A stretch of 64,000 bases of DNA from Candidatus Poribacteria bacterium (GCA_965222225.1 CBDCTK010000002.1:128001-192000), one strand, 5' to 3'. Counted from the first letter of the stretch, positions 40,713 to 51,924 are shown. Notes: a model not told the origin generated them from the letters alone. Made by a program: numbers and translations.

Positions 40713-41489
40713 CTAATGGTATGTATGTTCTTTGTCCGGAAATAATCCCTGCTTAACTTCTAGCCTGTAATGCGTTACGGCACACTTGAGATCCCTACCC
40801 AAGTCCGCATACTTCTTGGCGAAGGTAGGATTGAACTGATCAAAAAATCCAATTAGATCATGAAGGACTAACACTTGACCATCACAAGCTGCCCCAGCAC
40901 CGATTCCGATTGTGGGAATTTGTGAGACTGCGGTGATTTCTTTGGCAAGCCTAGCCGGGATTCCTTCAAGAACGATGGCAAAGCAACCAGCAGCTTCAAG
41001 CGCCTTTGCATCGTCCACAATCTGAGCCGCTTCCGATGGTTTTCGACCGCGCACGCGAAACGTTTCACTTGTCTGCGGTAACAAGCCTACGTGTCCCATC
41101 ACAGGAATACCATCGGCAACGATAGCTTTAATGCTCTCCAATTTCTTGCCCTCCGGTTTCACCGCGTCGGCCCCTGCATCGCGAAGTAAACGGGCATTCT
41201 CAACCGCGTCTGAAGGGGTTTCATACGTGCGATAGGGAAGGTCAGCAACAAGAAGGCATTCCGTGTTGCCGCGTGCAACGGCGCGGGTGTGATGAAGCAT
41301 ATCCGCCATTGTAACAGACCGGGTGTCTTCAAAACCTAGCACCACCATGCCAAGCGAGTCTCCAACGAGAATGACATCAAGTTCCGCATCGTTGAGCACA
41401 CGTGCCGTTGGACAATCATATGCCGTCAGCATGGCGATTTTCTGACTTGCTCGTTTCATAGATTGAATGAATTCGACGGTTTTCTTCAT
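40713..41489 (-). CDS. panB: 3-methyl-2-oxobutanoate hydroxymethyltransferase
   Basis: MLTAYD, LVGDSLGM, GHVGLLPQ, IGIGAG, DGQVLVLHD. Confidence 0.96.
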   Translation of the reverse strand: MKKTVEFIQSMKRASQKIAMLTAYDCPTARVLNDAELDVILVGDSLGMVVLGFEDTRSVTMADMLHHTRAVARGNTECLLVADLPYRTYETPSDAVENARLLRDAGADAVKPEGKKLESIKAIVADGIPVMGHVGLLPQTSETFRVRGRKPSEAAQIVDDAKALEAAGCFAIVLEGIPARLAKEITAVSQIPTIGIGAGAACDGQVLVLHDLIGFFDQFNPTFAKKYADLGRDLKCAVTHYRLEVKQGLFPDKEHTYH

Positions 41490-41601
41490 CTCTACATTGC
41501 CATGTGAGTTCTCCAACTTCACTGGAGCTGTGGCTCTTAATCGCGAATGATTTCTCTTTTCAATTCCGCCATCGACTGCCAATCTCTTCCGAGATAGACT
41601 C

Positions 41602-44082
41602 TTATTTCAAAATCGCGATACGGCCAACGGCTTGTGTCTCATGACCGTTGGATATAGCATGAATCTTAGAAATATAAGTGCCATTGGCAAGCGGTTCCCC
41701 TTCCTCATCCCTGCCATCCCACATGACTTCGTTATATCCTCTCTTGGTCGGGGCGTTTTCAAGTCGACGTATCCGACGCCCGGAGGTTGTATAGATTGAG
41801 ATGAAGACCTCATCGGCATCCCGACTTAATTCATAGGTTAAGGTCGTTCGATTTCTTGAGGGATTGGGGTGGCTGTAAAGGGAACGAATTTCAATTGGAC
41901 GGCTTTTTTGTCCCGAATCGGCATCGTCAGATCGGATGAGAACACTCGCGTCAAAATTCGAGAGCCACGCAATTTCCTGCTCAATCTGCTCAATTACACT
42001 TGCTTCAAGCGTGTTGTTGGAATAGCCGAAAACCGGGACGAACGCCTCAATGGATTGAACAACCGGCAGCATCAATCTCGATAACTCAATCGCATTATCA
42101 AGCTTTGTGCGAATGTAATTTGCTGTCCCAATTTCATAACCGATGATTACCGCTTCAACCAGACGGGTACGGCTTTCAAAGAACAGTGACCATAGCCGCA
42201 TGAGATTGACCGTGTCACTAAGGTCGGCGGCTTCCTTCGGAGAAGCGGGAATGGCAATCTTTTGCGCCTTAGCTATTTCGTCAGCGGCGCTTTGTTGTTG
42301 ATCCAGTAAACTAGTATAACGCCCAGCTGCATAACGTGCTGCGTCAAGGTCGGGAATTGAGAGCATGTCTTCAACCGCGCGTCTCCCTATGATGTCCCAG
42401 AACCGCGTTGCATACCCCCTAGAGCCGTCACCATATTTCCCGGTGACAGACATTGAACCTGCATAATCGCCAAAATAGCTGGACAGGGTCCATGAATTTA
42501 TTCGTAGCGCTTTGAGAATCAGCCGGGCAGCATCTGAACCTATGCGAGTCGTCAGATCGTTTTCAAGCAATTTCACGTAATCTAGATCGACGTCCCAGTT
42601 TAATCTTGCGCTCAAAACACGATCCAAGCGACCAAATCCTTGATGTGCCCCCTGAATGGTAAATCCCCCTAACCCTAGGGCATCCGGGTTGTTTGCGAGT
42701 TGGCGTACACCCTCCACGAACATATCCCCTTCAAGCATCCACAGAGGCATGACTTCCTCAACATCATGCGAAAGTACGATGAAATGATGGCCCAATTCAC
42801 CAAATGTTTTCAGTCGGTCAGTCGAAACCTCGGCGTCCGGGACAGGTTCACCATCTATTCCCCATTTCTGTGAAAAGATTGTTCCCTTTGGCAATTGTCG
42901 CATATAGTGACGTTCCGGATCCTTGAGCCAACTTCTATCATAGCCGGAGATGTAAAACTTAAAATCTGGGCGAACTTCGCGAGCGGCATTGATTAGCGTA
43001 AAATAGATTTGCCAAAGAAGGTGCTGCCCGCGTTCTGAGCGGTCACCGCACTCGGGGCAATTGCAAGCTCGAGTCTCGTTGCCCCAAGACCGCAGATGAA
43101 ATCCGGTGAGCGTCGGATAGGTATAGACAATTTCCTGTACTAGATTGCGAACAAGATCGTGGACCTCGGGTTTGGACCAACAAAATGGAAGGTACGACAC
43201 TCTGTTTCGAGTTGTGCCATAAGCCACAGGCGGTCCAAACAAGTTGGGGTGTTCCTTGATGAGAGCCTCCGTAGACTCGCCGGTAACGTACATGAAAAGG
43301 TAGGAATCAATGCCCCTGCGATAGAGCGCATCAAACCGGTCTCTCATCGTCCGGATACGTTCTTGGCGCTGCGAACGTGGTTCATCCTGCCAGGCCTCAA
43401 ATTCATCGGAATCAATATATTTGAATGCCGTACCCAACCCATCGTCTATCCCGGTACCGGTCCAAATACCCTCAGCACCACTCATATTGATTCGATGCCT
43501 AGAGAGTTGGACAGGGTCTTCAGTTTCCAATACTGCTCTCACGGGATAGAAAGGACGCGATTTTTCGTCAAGATAGGGCAAACTCAGATTTCGTGAGGGA
43601 ATCACGAGGAAGTCAAGGTGAACTGGCGAAAGTCCCGTCAAAGATGAAATGCACGCTTCAACGAACGCATAGGCTCCGTGAATGACCCCTTTCTCGGTGT
43701 GTGCACCGATGACGACAATTATCCCCTCATTTAACTCAATCGTCTTTATCTTGTATCCTTCCGTTCCAAGATTCGCGTCTATTTCTACCGATAAAGCGTC
43801 GATCGTAGGATTTGACGTTGGCGTTCCAAGTACAACTACAGTTGGCGTCGAAGTCGATTCACGGTTGGTAACAATCGGCAGCTCGACCTGAGTGAAACTG
43901 TGGATAAAAGACTGAATCTCCTGGGCGGCAAATTGTTCTTGTTTCGATACGGCGGCGCCAATCTGGATAGTTGCCACCGCCTGACCGGACCGAACAATGG
44001 GAATGTTTTCCGCAATCGTTAACCTTGAGGAGATGCACAAAACAGTGAACGCAAAAATGAGCTGACGAACCGCACCTCTCAT
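41602..44082 (-). CDS. Large secreted glycoside-hydrolase-like protein with FlgD-Ig/T9SS-CTD-like C-terminus
   Basis: Signal peptide; N-terminal EGYKI..GVIHGAY domain as in GH20/67-type proteins; CNCPEC; HPNP..IYTTSGRRIRRL..WDGRDEEGEPLANGTY. Confidence 0.7.
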   Translation of the reverse strand: MRGAVRQLIFAFTVLCISSRLTIAENIPIVRSGQAVATIQIGAAVSKQEQFAAQEIQSFIHSFTQVELPIVTNRESTSTPTVVVLGTPTSNPTIDALSVEIDANLGTEGYKIKTIELNEGIIVVIGAHTEKGVIHGAYAFVEACISSLTGLSPVHLDFLVIPSRNLSLPYLDEKSRPFYPVRAVLETEDPVQLSRHRINMSGAEGIWTGTGIDDGLGTAFKYIDSDEFEAWQDEPRSQRQERIRTMRDRFDALYRRGIDSYLFMYVTGESTEALIKEHPNLFGPPVAYGTTRNRVSYLPFCWSKPEVHDLVRNLVQEIVYTYPTLTGFHLRSWGNETRACNCPECGDRSERGQHLLWQIYFTLINAAREVRPDFKFYISGYDRSWLKDPERHYMRQLPKGTIFSQKWGIDGEPVPDAEVSTDRLKTFGELGHHFIVLSHDVEEVMPLWMLEGDMFVEGVRQLANNPDALGLGGFTIQGAHQGFGRLDRVLSARLNWDVDLDYVKLLENDLTTRIGSDAARLILKALRINSWTLSSYFGDYAGSMSVTGKYGDGSRGYATRFWDIIGRRAVEDMLSIPDLDAARYAAGRYTSLLDQQQSAADEIAKAQKIAIPASPKEAADLSDTVNLMRLWSLFFESRTRLVEAVIIGYEIGTANYIRTKLDNAIELSRLMLPVVQSIEAFVPVFGYSNNTLEASVIEQIEQEIAWLSNFDASVLIRSDDADSGQKSRPIEIRSLYSHPNPSRNRTTLTYELSRDADEVFISIYTTSGRRIRRLENAPTKRGYNEVMWDGRDEEGEPLANGTYISKIHAISNGHETQAVGRIAILK

Positions 44083-44698
44083 GGAATGAATTAGACCAAT
44101 CGTTGATATAGTGTCTCAAATAGAATACCTGAAAATCAAGCCCCGATTAGCGATAGCATAGCACGATTGGATGAGGAAAGGCAACGGAAAAAAAGAACAT
44201 AGAATACCGTCATGCTCGTTGCGTTGACCGTACTTTTGGATTGACATTGTGGGGCAAGCCGATATAATTGAGGTGGGTTCATTATTAGATGCGCCATTGG
44301 TTGATTGACAGGAATGAATAAGTACCATTGACGGTCAAAAGGGTAGAGAGGTAGGAAGGTTACCCGATAGGGACAACACATCTTGGCTATTTCGTAGGGC
44401 TTGTGCACTTAAGATTGATCCCGACTCGCTGTACCGCTGGGATACGACGTTTTGAGTGTTGATGTGTGTAATTCCTAGTCTTTGGATGGTCATAAATATA
44501 CATACGGCTCTAACCAGCAAAGTTGATGCTTTCCAAAGCTTAATGCTATTAGCAAGTTATGGTTTGCAAGTGTCATCCGTTTTGATTCCCTCCCTCGTCT
44601 TACAACTCTACCACCAAGGCGAGACATTCCAGTCAAGAATAAACCAGACGTTCATACTAGAGTATGAGCCCAATTTTCCATTAGCGAGGAGTCAGTAC

Positions 44699-45706
44699 AT
44701 GTCCAAAGTTCAGATTAGTATAATCGGTTGTGGTGGGATGTCCGGTAGCCACGCCCGCCGATTAAAAGTCCATTCAGATGTCCAGATTGTCAGCGTTTGC
44801 GATGTAAACACAGAAATCACCGGGCGTTACATTGAGAACAACCTCAAAGAAAGCGAGCCGCGTCCCAAGGAGTTTTATGATCTAGGACAGATGCTCAGCG
44901 AAACTAAACCGGGTGCAGTGGTTATCGTCACTCCACACGTACTGCACTTCGAACAAGGTATGCAGGCTCTCAACGCGGGATGCCATGTCTTGATGGAAAA
45001 GCCAATGGTTACGGCTGCCGATGATGCCTACGTGCTCGCTGAGAAAGTTGAGGAGACCGGGAAGGTATTTGTTGTTGGTTACAATACACCTTGTACAGCG
45101 AACTTCTACTACATACGCGAGTGCATCCGCAACCGCGTTTTCGGCAGATTAGAACTCGTAAACGGCTATCTTACGCAGAATTGGAAAGGCATAACCACGG
45201 GTACATGGCGGCAAGACGCAAAACTCGCCGGCGGTGGTCAAGCATACGACAGCGGCGCACACCTACTGAATAGCCTATGCTGGTCGGTTGAATCAAACGT
45301 CGCGGAGGTTCATGCTTTTTTAGATAATCAAGACAAACCCGTGGATGTCAATTCGTCCATTAATATCCGTTTTGAAAACGATGTTTTGGCGGGTATTATG
45401 ATTAGCGGCAACTGCCCAAGTCCAAGCGGATCCCACATGACATTTGTCTTTGAGAATGGACGAATAGAGGTCGATGGATGGAGCAGTTCATGGATTCGGG
45501 TGTGGGAGGGCACTGAACGTTTGGATCCACCACCGATTACCGAGGAGATGCACGCCGGTTCACCAGACGACAATTTGATCGATGCCATTTTAGGGCGCGC
45601 CGAGCCGCGTACAAATGCTCTGAACGGCATCATCCAGTGCGAGTTAATGGACGCTATCTATGAATCTGGACGAACCGGACAAATTGCACGTCCAAAGCGC
45701 CGTTAG
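44699..45706 (+). CDS. Gfo/Idh/MocA-family oxidoreductase
   Basis: IIGCGGM, TPHVLH, HVLMEKPM, GGGQAYDSGAH; ATG after GAGGAG. Confidence 0.92.
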   Translation: MSKVQISIIGCGGMSGSHARRLKVHSDVQIVSVCDVNTEITGRYIENNLKESEPRPKEFYDLGQMLSETKPGAVVIVTPHVLHFEQGMQALNAGCHVLMEKPMVTAADDAYVLAEKVEETGKVFVVGYNTPCTANFYYIRECIRNRVFGRLELVNGYLTQNWKGITTGTWRQDAKLAGGGQAYDSGAHLLNSLCWSVESNVAEVHAFLDNQDKPVDVNSSINIRFENDVLAGIMISGNCPSPSGSHMTFVFENGRIEVDGWSSSWIRVWEGTERLDPPPITEEMHAGSPDDNLIDAILGRAEPRTNALNGIIQCELMDAIYESGRTGQIARPKRR

Positions 45707-46032
45707 GCGCAACGCATAGAGGAGTTCCTTCGTTCGGATAGTGAGATTCAACGACGGCTAGAGTCCCGGCGATATTCTGTTTCCGAAGAATCTCGCATGT
45801 TGTTTCAGCGTAATCCTCACGATTGAGAATTGAAAAGCTAACGTCCGTGGAACTCCGGCACGTGCGTCGTTGCTGAATGTACGAGTTTTTTTTGTTAAGT
45901 CCCCCGTTCTCGTGGTAAAATACGAGAATTAGGTTGTAAAATGAAATCTTCTCGACTGTCTGTGTTCGAGGGCGTCTTCGGTAGATGTTTACTTGAAGTC
46001 GTCACATACAATCTGAAAAAGGACATACAAAA

Positions 46033-46572
46033 ATGAAACATCAAGTTTTCACCATGGCGTCTTGGTGGTTTTTGGGGTTGCATCACTAACTGTGGTTGCA
46101 CAGCAGGTGGTTTTGGACGAGAACTTCGATAGCGTTCCCAATGGTGAGTTACCTGACGATTGGACGAATCTCTGAAGATTCGTGCCGGGACCATCGAGGG
46201 TATGCCGGTGATTTAGATTCAATGGCTCCCGTATTAAAGAATCCCAAAGATGGTGGAAACGTGCAAAAGTTTGAATTGCCGGAGGGAAGTTTTTCAAACG
46301 AATGGAAGTTCATTGTGATTAATCTGTCTCAGTATGCAATGAATGTAATTCACGCAAGGCCATTCAAAGTGTTAAAGGGAGGATGGACGGTTAACGCAAT
46401 CGCTTTTGATGCGGATAGTCCTTTCCCAAACGGCGGCGGGGCGCACTTTGACACGATATATTTTACGCAAACATTTGAAGAAGCCGAAGAGAATGAGCGG
46501 TTGGCGTTTGCAGTTTCCCCTCAGGACAAGATGACTACGACGTGGGGAACAATCAAGAAAGCCCGACATTGA
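46033..46572 (+). pseudogene. Frameshifted or deleted secreted protein with AVSPQDKMTTTWGTIK tail
   Basis: MKHQVFT start, then in another frame signal-like VVFGVASLTVVA-QQVVLDENFDSVPNGELPDDW*, then a third segment ending in the conserved tail. Confidence 0.65.
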
Positions 46573-46753
46573 ATTTGCTACCGCGAAATACTTCCGAGAC
46601 GAACGACAGATTAGCTCTTTAAACTCGCATCAGATTCTAGTTTTGTTTACCTTATGGGGCGGCAGTCGGCGTGGATTTGGCAATTCGAGACAATTGAACT
46701 ATAAAGTAAGATATCGCGGCAACACCGAGTATTCGTACTGGCATGGATTTTTG

Positions 46754-47350
46754 ATGAGAATTGCCATCATGGGTGGGACATTTAACCCCATTCACTACGC
46801 ACATCTGTTGAGCGCGGAACAGGTATATGACCGGTTGGGCTTCGATACGATTCTCTTTATCCCGTCCGCACGCCCGCCGCATAAGGATCGCAGCGAGATT
46901 ATTGACTCAGAGCATCGCTATCAAATGGCACTCCTTGCAACATCGGATAATGTCCATTTCGAAGTGTCGCGAATAGAATTGGAGAGGATGGGCCCCTCAT
47001 ACGCCATTCAGACCGTAAAGGAACTACAAACGCTTTATGGGAGTGGCTGTGAGTTAGCGTGGATTATTGGTGCTGACTCCTTGATTGAATTCAAAATTTG
47101 GAAGAATTTTGACGAACTGCTGGACATTTGCCATTTCATAGCAACCACACGCCCAAATTACAATCTTGACAACGTACCCCCGACGCTACGCAACCGGGTT
47201 CAAATTTTTCCAATCACCGGGGTTGATATTTCCGCGACCGAAATACGCCAATACGTCAGAAAGGGGGTCTCAATTCGATACCTGGTGCCGGAAGTAGTAA
47301 GGCAGTATATCGACCAGCACAAACTGTATAAGGGAAGAATGGAAGAATGA
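46754..47350 (+). CDS. nadD: Nicotinate-nucleotide adenylyltransferase
   Basis: MGGTFNPIHYAH, PPHK, IIGADS, ISATEIR. Confidence 0.95.
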   Translation: MRIAIMGGTFNPIHYAHLLSAEQVYDRLGFDTILFIPSARPPHKDRSEIIDSEHRYQMALLATSDNVHFEVSRIELERMGPSYAIQTVKELQTLYGSGCELAWIIGADSLIEFKIWKNFDELLDICHFIATTRPNYNLDNVPPTLRNRVQIFPITGVDISATEIRQYVRKGVSIRYLVPEVVRQYIDQHKLYKGRMEE

Positions 47351-47653
47351 CTCGTGATTCGCTAGAGCAAAAGCTAGGAGAAGGACTGGAAGGGAACACT
47401 GATGGAAGGATGAAAGATTCGAGAATTTATTCCAATCTGTCTTGGGGCTTTTAGAGACTGGTAAGATCTCTATCGATCAAATGAGCGAACAGATCAAGTG
47501 ACTGAATAGGGAACGCGATAGAGATCCTAATGAGATAGCAAATCCTGCTGCTTGTTCAGTCGCTTCATCGCAGCGCGCACCCTACTGGCTTGTGGAAGAA
47601 ACCGGGTTTTGAAGAAAACTCGGTTTTCGGTGAAATGGGCGGGAGATATCACA

Positions 47654-47911
47654 TTGAAACATAAATGCAGCATCTGTGGACAATCTTTCAAGTTTGAATA
47701 TGAGACGGGTAAAGAACTCCCACGACATTTTCCGTTCTGTAGTTCACGGTGTAAAGCAATCGACTTGAATAAATGGCTTAACCAAGAATACCGGATAAGC
47801 ACCGAACTGGCTAACACGAAGTTCATGACCGAACAGGAGCGGGAAGTATTTGCACGGCTCTTAGTTGATACAGACGAAGTTGACGAATTGAGTGATGAAG
47901 ACGAAAGATGA
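47654..47911 (+). CDS. yacG: DNA gyrase inhibitor YacG
   Basis: CSICG..FPFCSSRCKAIDLNKW..YRI; TTG start after GGGAG. Confidence 0.88.
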   Translation: MKHKCSICGQSFKFEYETGKELPRHFPFCSSRCKAIDLNKWLNQEYRISTELANTKFMTEQEREVFARLLVDTDEVDELSDEDER

Positions 47912-48515
47912 CAACGCCAGCAGGGCGGAGCTACTCGCACATCCAAAGAGCGTTCAAATTGATGCGTACCTTGAAGCCAAGCTTGAGGATGAGCGTTACC
48001 GCCATGTCTTATCCGTGCGAGACATGGCTGTGAAGTTGGCGGTCAGATACGGCGCAGATTTGCAGAAGACGAACCTTGCGGCATTGCTGCATGATTGCGC
48101 AAGGTGGATGAGCACGCGTCAACTATTTGAAGCCGTCGCAGACTATGAAATTCAACTGGATGAGTTTGAACGAATTAGCGCGTCTCTGCTACACGCACTC
48201 GTCGGCGCTGAACTCGCAATTGATATTTTCTCCGTCGGGGATGAGGAAATCCTCAGTGCCGTTCGAAGCCATACTAAGGGAAGCAGGTCAATGACGTTAG
48301 TTGACAAGGTTTTGTTCGTGGCGGATTTCTCCGAGCCAAATCGAACATATCCGGAGGCGGGGGCGGTGCGCAAGATTGCCAACAAAGATCTCAATCAAGC
48401 CGTATTTGAGGTGGCACAGTTCAAAATCACCAATCTCCTAGACAAAGAGGTAGTGATTCATCCGGATACGGTCGTCACCTATAATAGCGCGCTGCGCGAA
48501 ATCAACAAGTCATGA
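47892..48515 (+). CDS. yqeK: YqeK-family HD-domain Ap4A hydrolase
   Basis: RYRHVLSV, AALLHDCA, LLHALVG, RSHTKG, ADFSEPNR. Confidence 0.9.
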   Translation: MMKTKDDNASRAELLAHPKSVQIDAYLEAKLEDERYRHVLSVRDMAVKLAVRYGADLQKTNLAALLHDCARWMSTRQLFEAVADYEIQLDEFERISASLLHALVGAELAIDIFSVGDEEILSAVRSHTKGSRSMTLVDKVLFVADFSEPNRTYPEAGAVRKIANKDLNQAVFEVAQFKITNLLDKEVVIHPDTVVTYNSALREINKS

Positions 48516-48563
48516 TTGATATGTGAAGCACGAGGGAGGAAAGTCTTGGGAGAAAACACGACT

Positions 48564-49013
48564 ATGGATATGGTGCAAGTTGCGGTAGGCGCTGCGGTGA
48601 GCCGACGCGCGCGTGATCCGGTGATCTTGGATCTGAGGGAGTTGGGATCTTTTACCGATTTCTTCGCGATTTGTAGTGGGACGTCTGACATCCAGGTTGA
48701 GGCGATATCCGATGCGGTCTTGGATGAGTTGGAAGAGAAATGGAATATGCGGCCTTGGCATCGCGAAGGCGTGCATCAGTCGGATTGGGTCTTGTTAGAC
48801 TATGTTGACTTTGTCGTGCACATTTTTCTTGATGAGCAACGGAAGCACTTCAATCTCGAACGACTTTGGATAGAAGCACCGACGATTGAGGTTCCCGACA
48901 TGAAAGCCGAAGAATACACGGAATTTGACGCATATGGTGACGACAACTTGGGTGTCCAAAAAAATGACGAAGATTCCGAGAAGATTCTTCGTGACAACGA
49001 GTCTGAAAATTGA
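48564..49013 (+). CDS. rsfS: Ribosome silencing factor
   Basis: ILDLR..TDFFAICSG..QVEAI..WVLLDYVDFVVHIF..NLERLW. Confidence 0.95.
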   Translation: MDMVQVAVGAAVSRRARDPVILDLRELGSFTDFFAICSGTSDIQVEAISDAVLDELEEKWNMRPWHREGVHQSDWVLLDYVDFVVHIFLDEQRKHFNLERLWIEAPTIEVPDMKAEEYTEFDAYGDDNLGVQKNDEDSEKILRDNESEN

Positions 49014-49246
49014 TATGATGCGCCCGAAATTTGCCAGATTGGGAAGATCAACCTCGCAAGTTAAAGATCTTGCGTCTATAGTTCGTAAACCTGCAATCAA
49101 GGCTTGTTACTCGGAGATATATTTCAATGAGGACAGCGCTAATGGCTTGTGGCGTTTCGCACTTTTTTCCCGGGAATGGTTTCTGCTTTGCAATTGGGTA
49201 TCTGCTGCTCTTCCTACCCGTCGCAGATGCCGACAATACACCTCCG

Positions 49247-50046
49247 GAGAGTATTGCCATATAGATAGATTTATGATATAATTCTTCTAACTAACCAGAA
49301 AGGTCAGGAAGGAGATATTATGTCAAACTGTAAGAACTGTCATAGTTCGGAAGTCACGAAAAACGGATTCGTTCGTTCCAAACAGCGATACCGTTGTAAA
49401 ACGTGCGGTTATAATTTCGTTGAGGGAGACGAGAGAACCAACCCTCAAACCACCATCAAGCGTGCTTTTGCAGTAATTCTTTACTCCCTTGCAAAAGCAT
49501 CTTATGGCACTATTGGCAACTTGTTTAATGTATCGCCAAGTACTGTTCAAAAATGGCTTGCAAAGGAAGCAGCCCTGTTGTCGGAGCCTGAGATTCCAAT
49601 CAATACCCGTGAATTGGAATTTGATGAGATGTGGCATTTTATCGGGTCAAAAAAAACAAAAGATGGATTCACAAAGCAGTTTCTCGTGAAACAAGCAAAA
49701 CCGTTGCCTGGGTTATCGGTGGTCGTGATGCTGATACCTTCAGACGGCTATTCGACAAAGTGAAACACTTAAGTGACTGCCAGTATTACACTGACAATTG
49801 GGAAGCGTTTGCCAAGGTACTTCCTGCGGAGCGTCATCACATCGGGAAATCAGGGACAGCAACAGTCGAACGTGATAACAGCAATACACGCCATCATCTT
49901 GGACGATTCACACGCCGCACCAAAATAGTATCCAAGAAACTTGAGATGGTGGACAATGCCATGAAGTTATGGACTGCTTTGACCGACCAAGAGGTCTTCC
50001 GTCGATATCAGGAGATTGCCTTATCTATCTTTGTGTGAACACTCTC
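49247..50046 (+). mobile_element. Complete IS1-family insertion sequence (800 bp)
   Basis: Imperfect TIRs GAGAGTATTGCCATATAGATAGAT vs GAGAGTGTTCACACAAAGATAGAT (19/24); 8-bp target duplication CACCTCCG at 49239-49246 and 50047-50054. Confidence 0.92.
49320..50038 (+). CDS. IS1 transposase InsA/InsB, joined by -1 frameshift at A8C (49649-49657)
   Basis: CKNC..KNG..QRYRCKTCG zinc finger, HTH, EFDEMWHFIG|KKNKRW, YTDNW, VERDN..RHHLGRFTRRT. Confidence 0.9.
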
Positions 50047-50403
50047 CACCTCCGTACAGCTACGCCGGTGAGAAACGGCGACAGCTGCATACACACGGCT
50101 GTGGAGCGGATGATGTTGGTACGCCTTCTTGGTGTCTGACCATAATCCGGTCATTGCGTGAAAAACCCCCCGACGCGCTGTATTCCCACGCCCGTAACAT
50201 TCCTTGATCTCGCCAACCTCAATAACGAACTCATTGACCAGACTGCCCTTGAGGCGCTTGATGGAGTGAGTTGCAGCGCAGGCTGTCACGTATGGCAGGC
50301 TGCGTCTTTCCCTACTGATTCCCTCTCTTCCCTAACTGTCAACTATCCCGTACTATTCATAGTTTGCGCCAACCTCCCCTTTGTCTCTCCGATTAGACTT
50401 TCA

Positions 50404-50539
50404 GAGCCTGTTTGAATAATCGGTGGCAAAGCCATTTTTGAGAATTTTGAGAAAGTTTTTTCATGTTTTCATTGTTGGCTGCTACATACCTGTAGGTTCT
50501 CTATCGCACTCGCTATTCACTCGCTTGATTCCTACTATG
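50404..50539. mobile_element. Partial second copy of the 9806-9999 MITE
   Basis: Same left end GAGCCTGTTTGAATAATCGGTGGCAAAGCCATTTTT and internal TTCATGTTTTCATTGTTGGCTGCTACATACCTGTAGG; no clear right TIR. Confidence 0.8.
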
Positions 50540-50661
50540 AGCCAGAAAAAGGGGTATCTACGCGGTGTACGCCAAAACTTGGCGAAAAAGATTGTCTAAA
50601 TCCATAGCGATCGCCCCTAGAAATCAATGGACTAAACAGTTATAACCTAGGAGGGAGAAAA

Positions 50662-51375
50662 ATGCGATTCAAACTGACACCTAGATTTATGCTGTTTGCG
50701 GTGCTGTGCGTCTGTCTGACGAGTGAGGAACTGTGGTTGAGAAACGCACTCGCCTTAAACACAGGTCAAATTGTCTTTACATCAATGAGAGATGGCAACA
50801 CTGAAATCTATGTAATGGATGCCGATGGAGGAAACCAAGAAAACCTGACAAACCATCCAGCGCATGACGGTGAACCGGATTGGTCTCCTGACGGAACGAA
50901 GATTGCATTCGTTTCCGGTAGAGACGGCAGCCCATCTCAAATCCACGTAATGGACGCTGATGGAAAGAATCCGATTAGACTCACAGATGGACCTGGGGGG
51001 AAGAGGCATCCAGACTGGTCTCCCGATGGGCAAAAGATTGCGTTCTCCGTCGACGATTGGGAAGATCATATCGCCGTGATAGATGCCGATGGTAGAAATC
51101 GTGAGAAGCTTGAAGACCAGGCGATGTATCCATCATGGTCCCCGGATGGACAGGTGATCGCATATTATGTCTTGGACGGCAACTGGGTCGGGAATCTTCA
51201 CGGCACGATTCACTTGATGGCCTCCAATGGAAGATATATTAGGCAACTTAGCGATGGCGGTAATGCGCTCGATTTCGAGCCCGACATTAGCCCGCTAGGA
51301 TTAGCTGTGTCCCCCACTTCCAACAAAGTCACAATCTGGGGCAAGCTGAAGAAAGTCGAGCTTAACCGCCGATAG
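50662..51375 (+). CDS. Secreted PD40/TolB-like beta-propeller protein, type A copy 1
   Basis: Signal peptide MRFKL..ALA; repeated PxWSPDGxKIAF; tail LAVSPTSNKVTIWGKLKK. Confidence 0.88.
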   Translation: MRFKLTPRFMLFAVLCVCLTSEELWLRNALALNTGQIVFTSMRDGNTEIYVMDADGGNQENLTNHPAHDGEPDWSPDGTKIAFVSGRDGSPSQIHVMDADGKNPIRLTDGPGGKRHPDWSPDGQKIAFSVDDWEDHIAVIDADGRNREKLEDQAMYPSWSPDGQVIAYYVLDGNWVGNLHGTIHLMASNGRYIRQLSDGGNALDFEPDISPLGLAVSPTSNKVTIWGKLKKVELNRR

Positions 51376-51924
51376 TTTGCGCGATTGCCTTTTGAACTAC
51401 GAATCCTGATAATGGGGGCAATGCGACGGGGCGGGTCATTGAAAACCTCGGCAGCGCCGAGGGTGTCACGTAATGGTTGGGAGGGCGTCTTAACATCATT
51501 CGTGCACCCGCTCAATACCGGCTACTTCACTGCCCACATTACCCGCAACTGGGGTAGACTTAAGAGCTTTTTTGAAAAGTCGTTTGATTTGGTTTCGTAT
51601 CAGGTAATTTGAATCGGTGTATACTTAATTCCTTAAAAAGTAGCGCTGGCATTTGGTTTGCTCGCTCCGATTGTGATTTACTCTACTGTGTTTGGAAGGG
51701 GGCGTTGTATTGTCCGAGAGACAATCCGCTCGTATCACGATCTCGGATAGGTACGGTTGCTTGCGCGAAATGACAGTGGAATACATCTGCCAACCCTATT
51801 TGTCTTAGATCTCGCTAGCAAGTGGATTTTTCTCTGTATGTACGAGTACCCGGTCTTACAAGTCATTGCCAAGATTTAGAGAATACTCTAGCAATGAAGA
51901 ACCCGAAAAAGGAGAATATGAACG

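Noticed and set aside
50055-50360. Minus-strand gene interrupted by IS1
   Set aside because: Joining the flanks across the TSD gives no long frame or recognisable motif.
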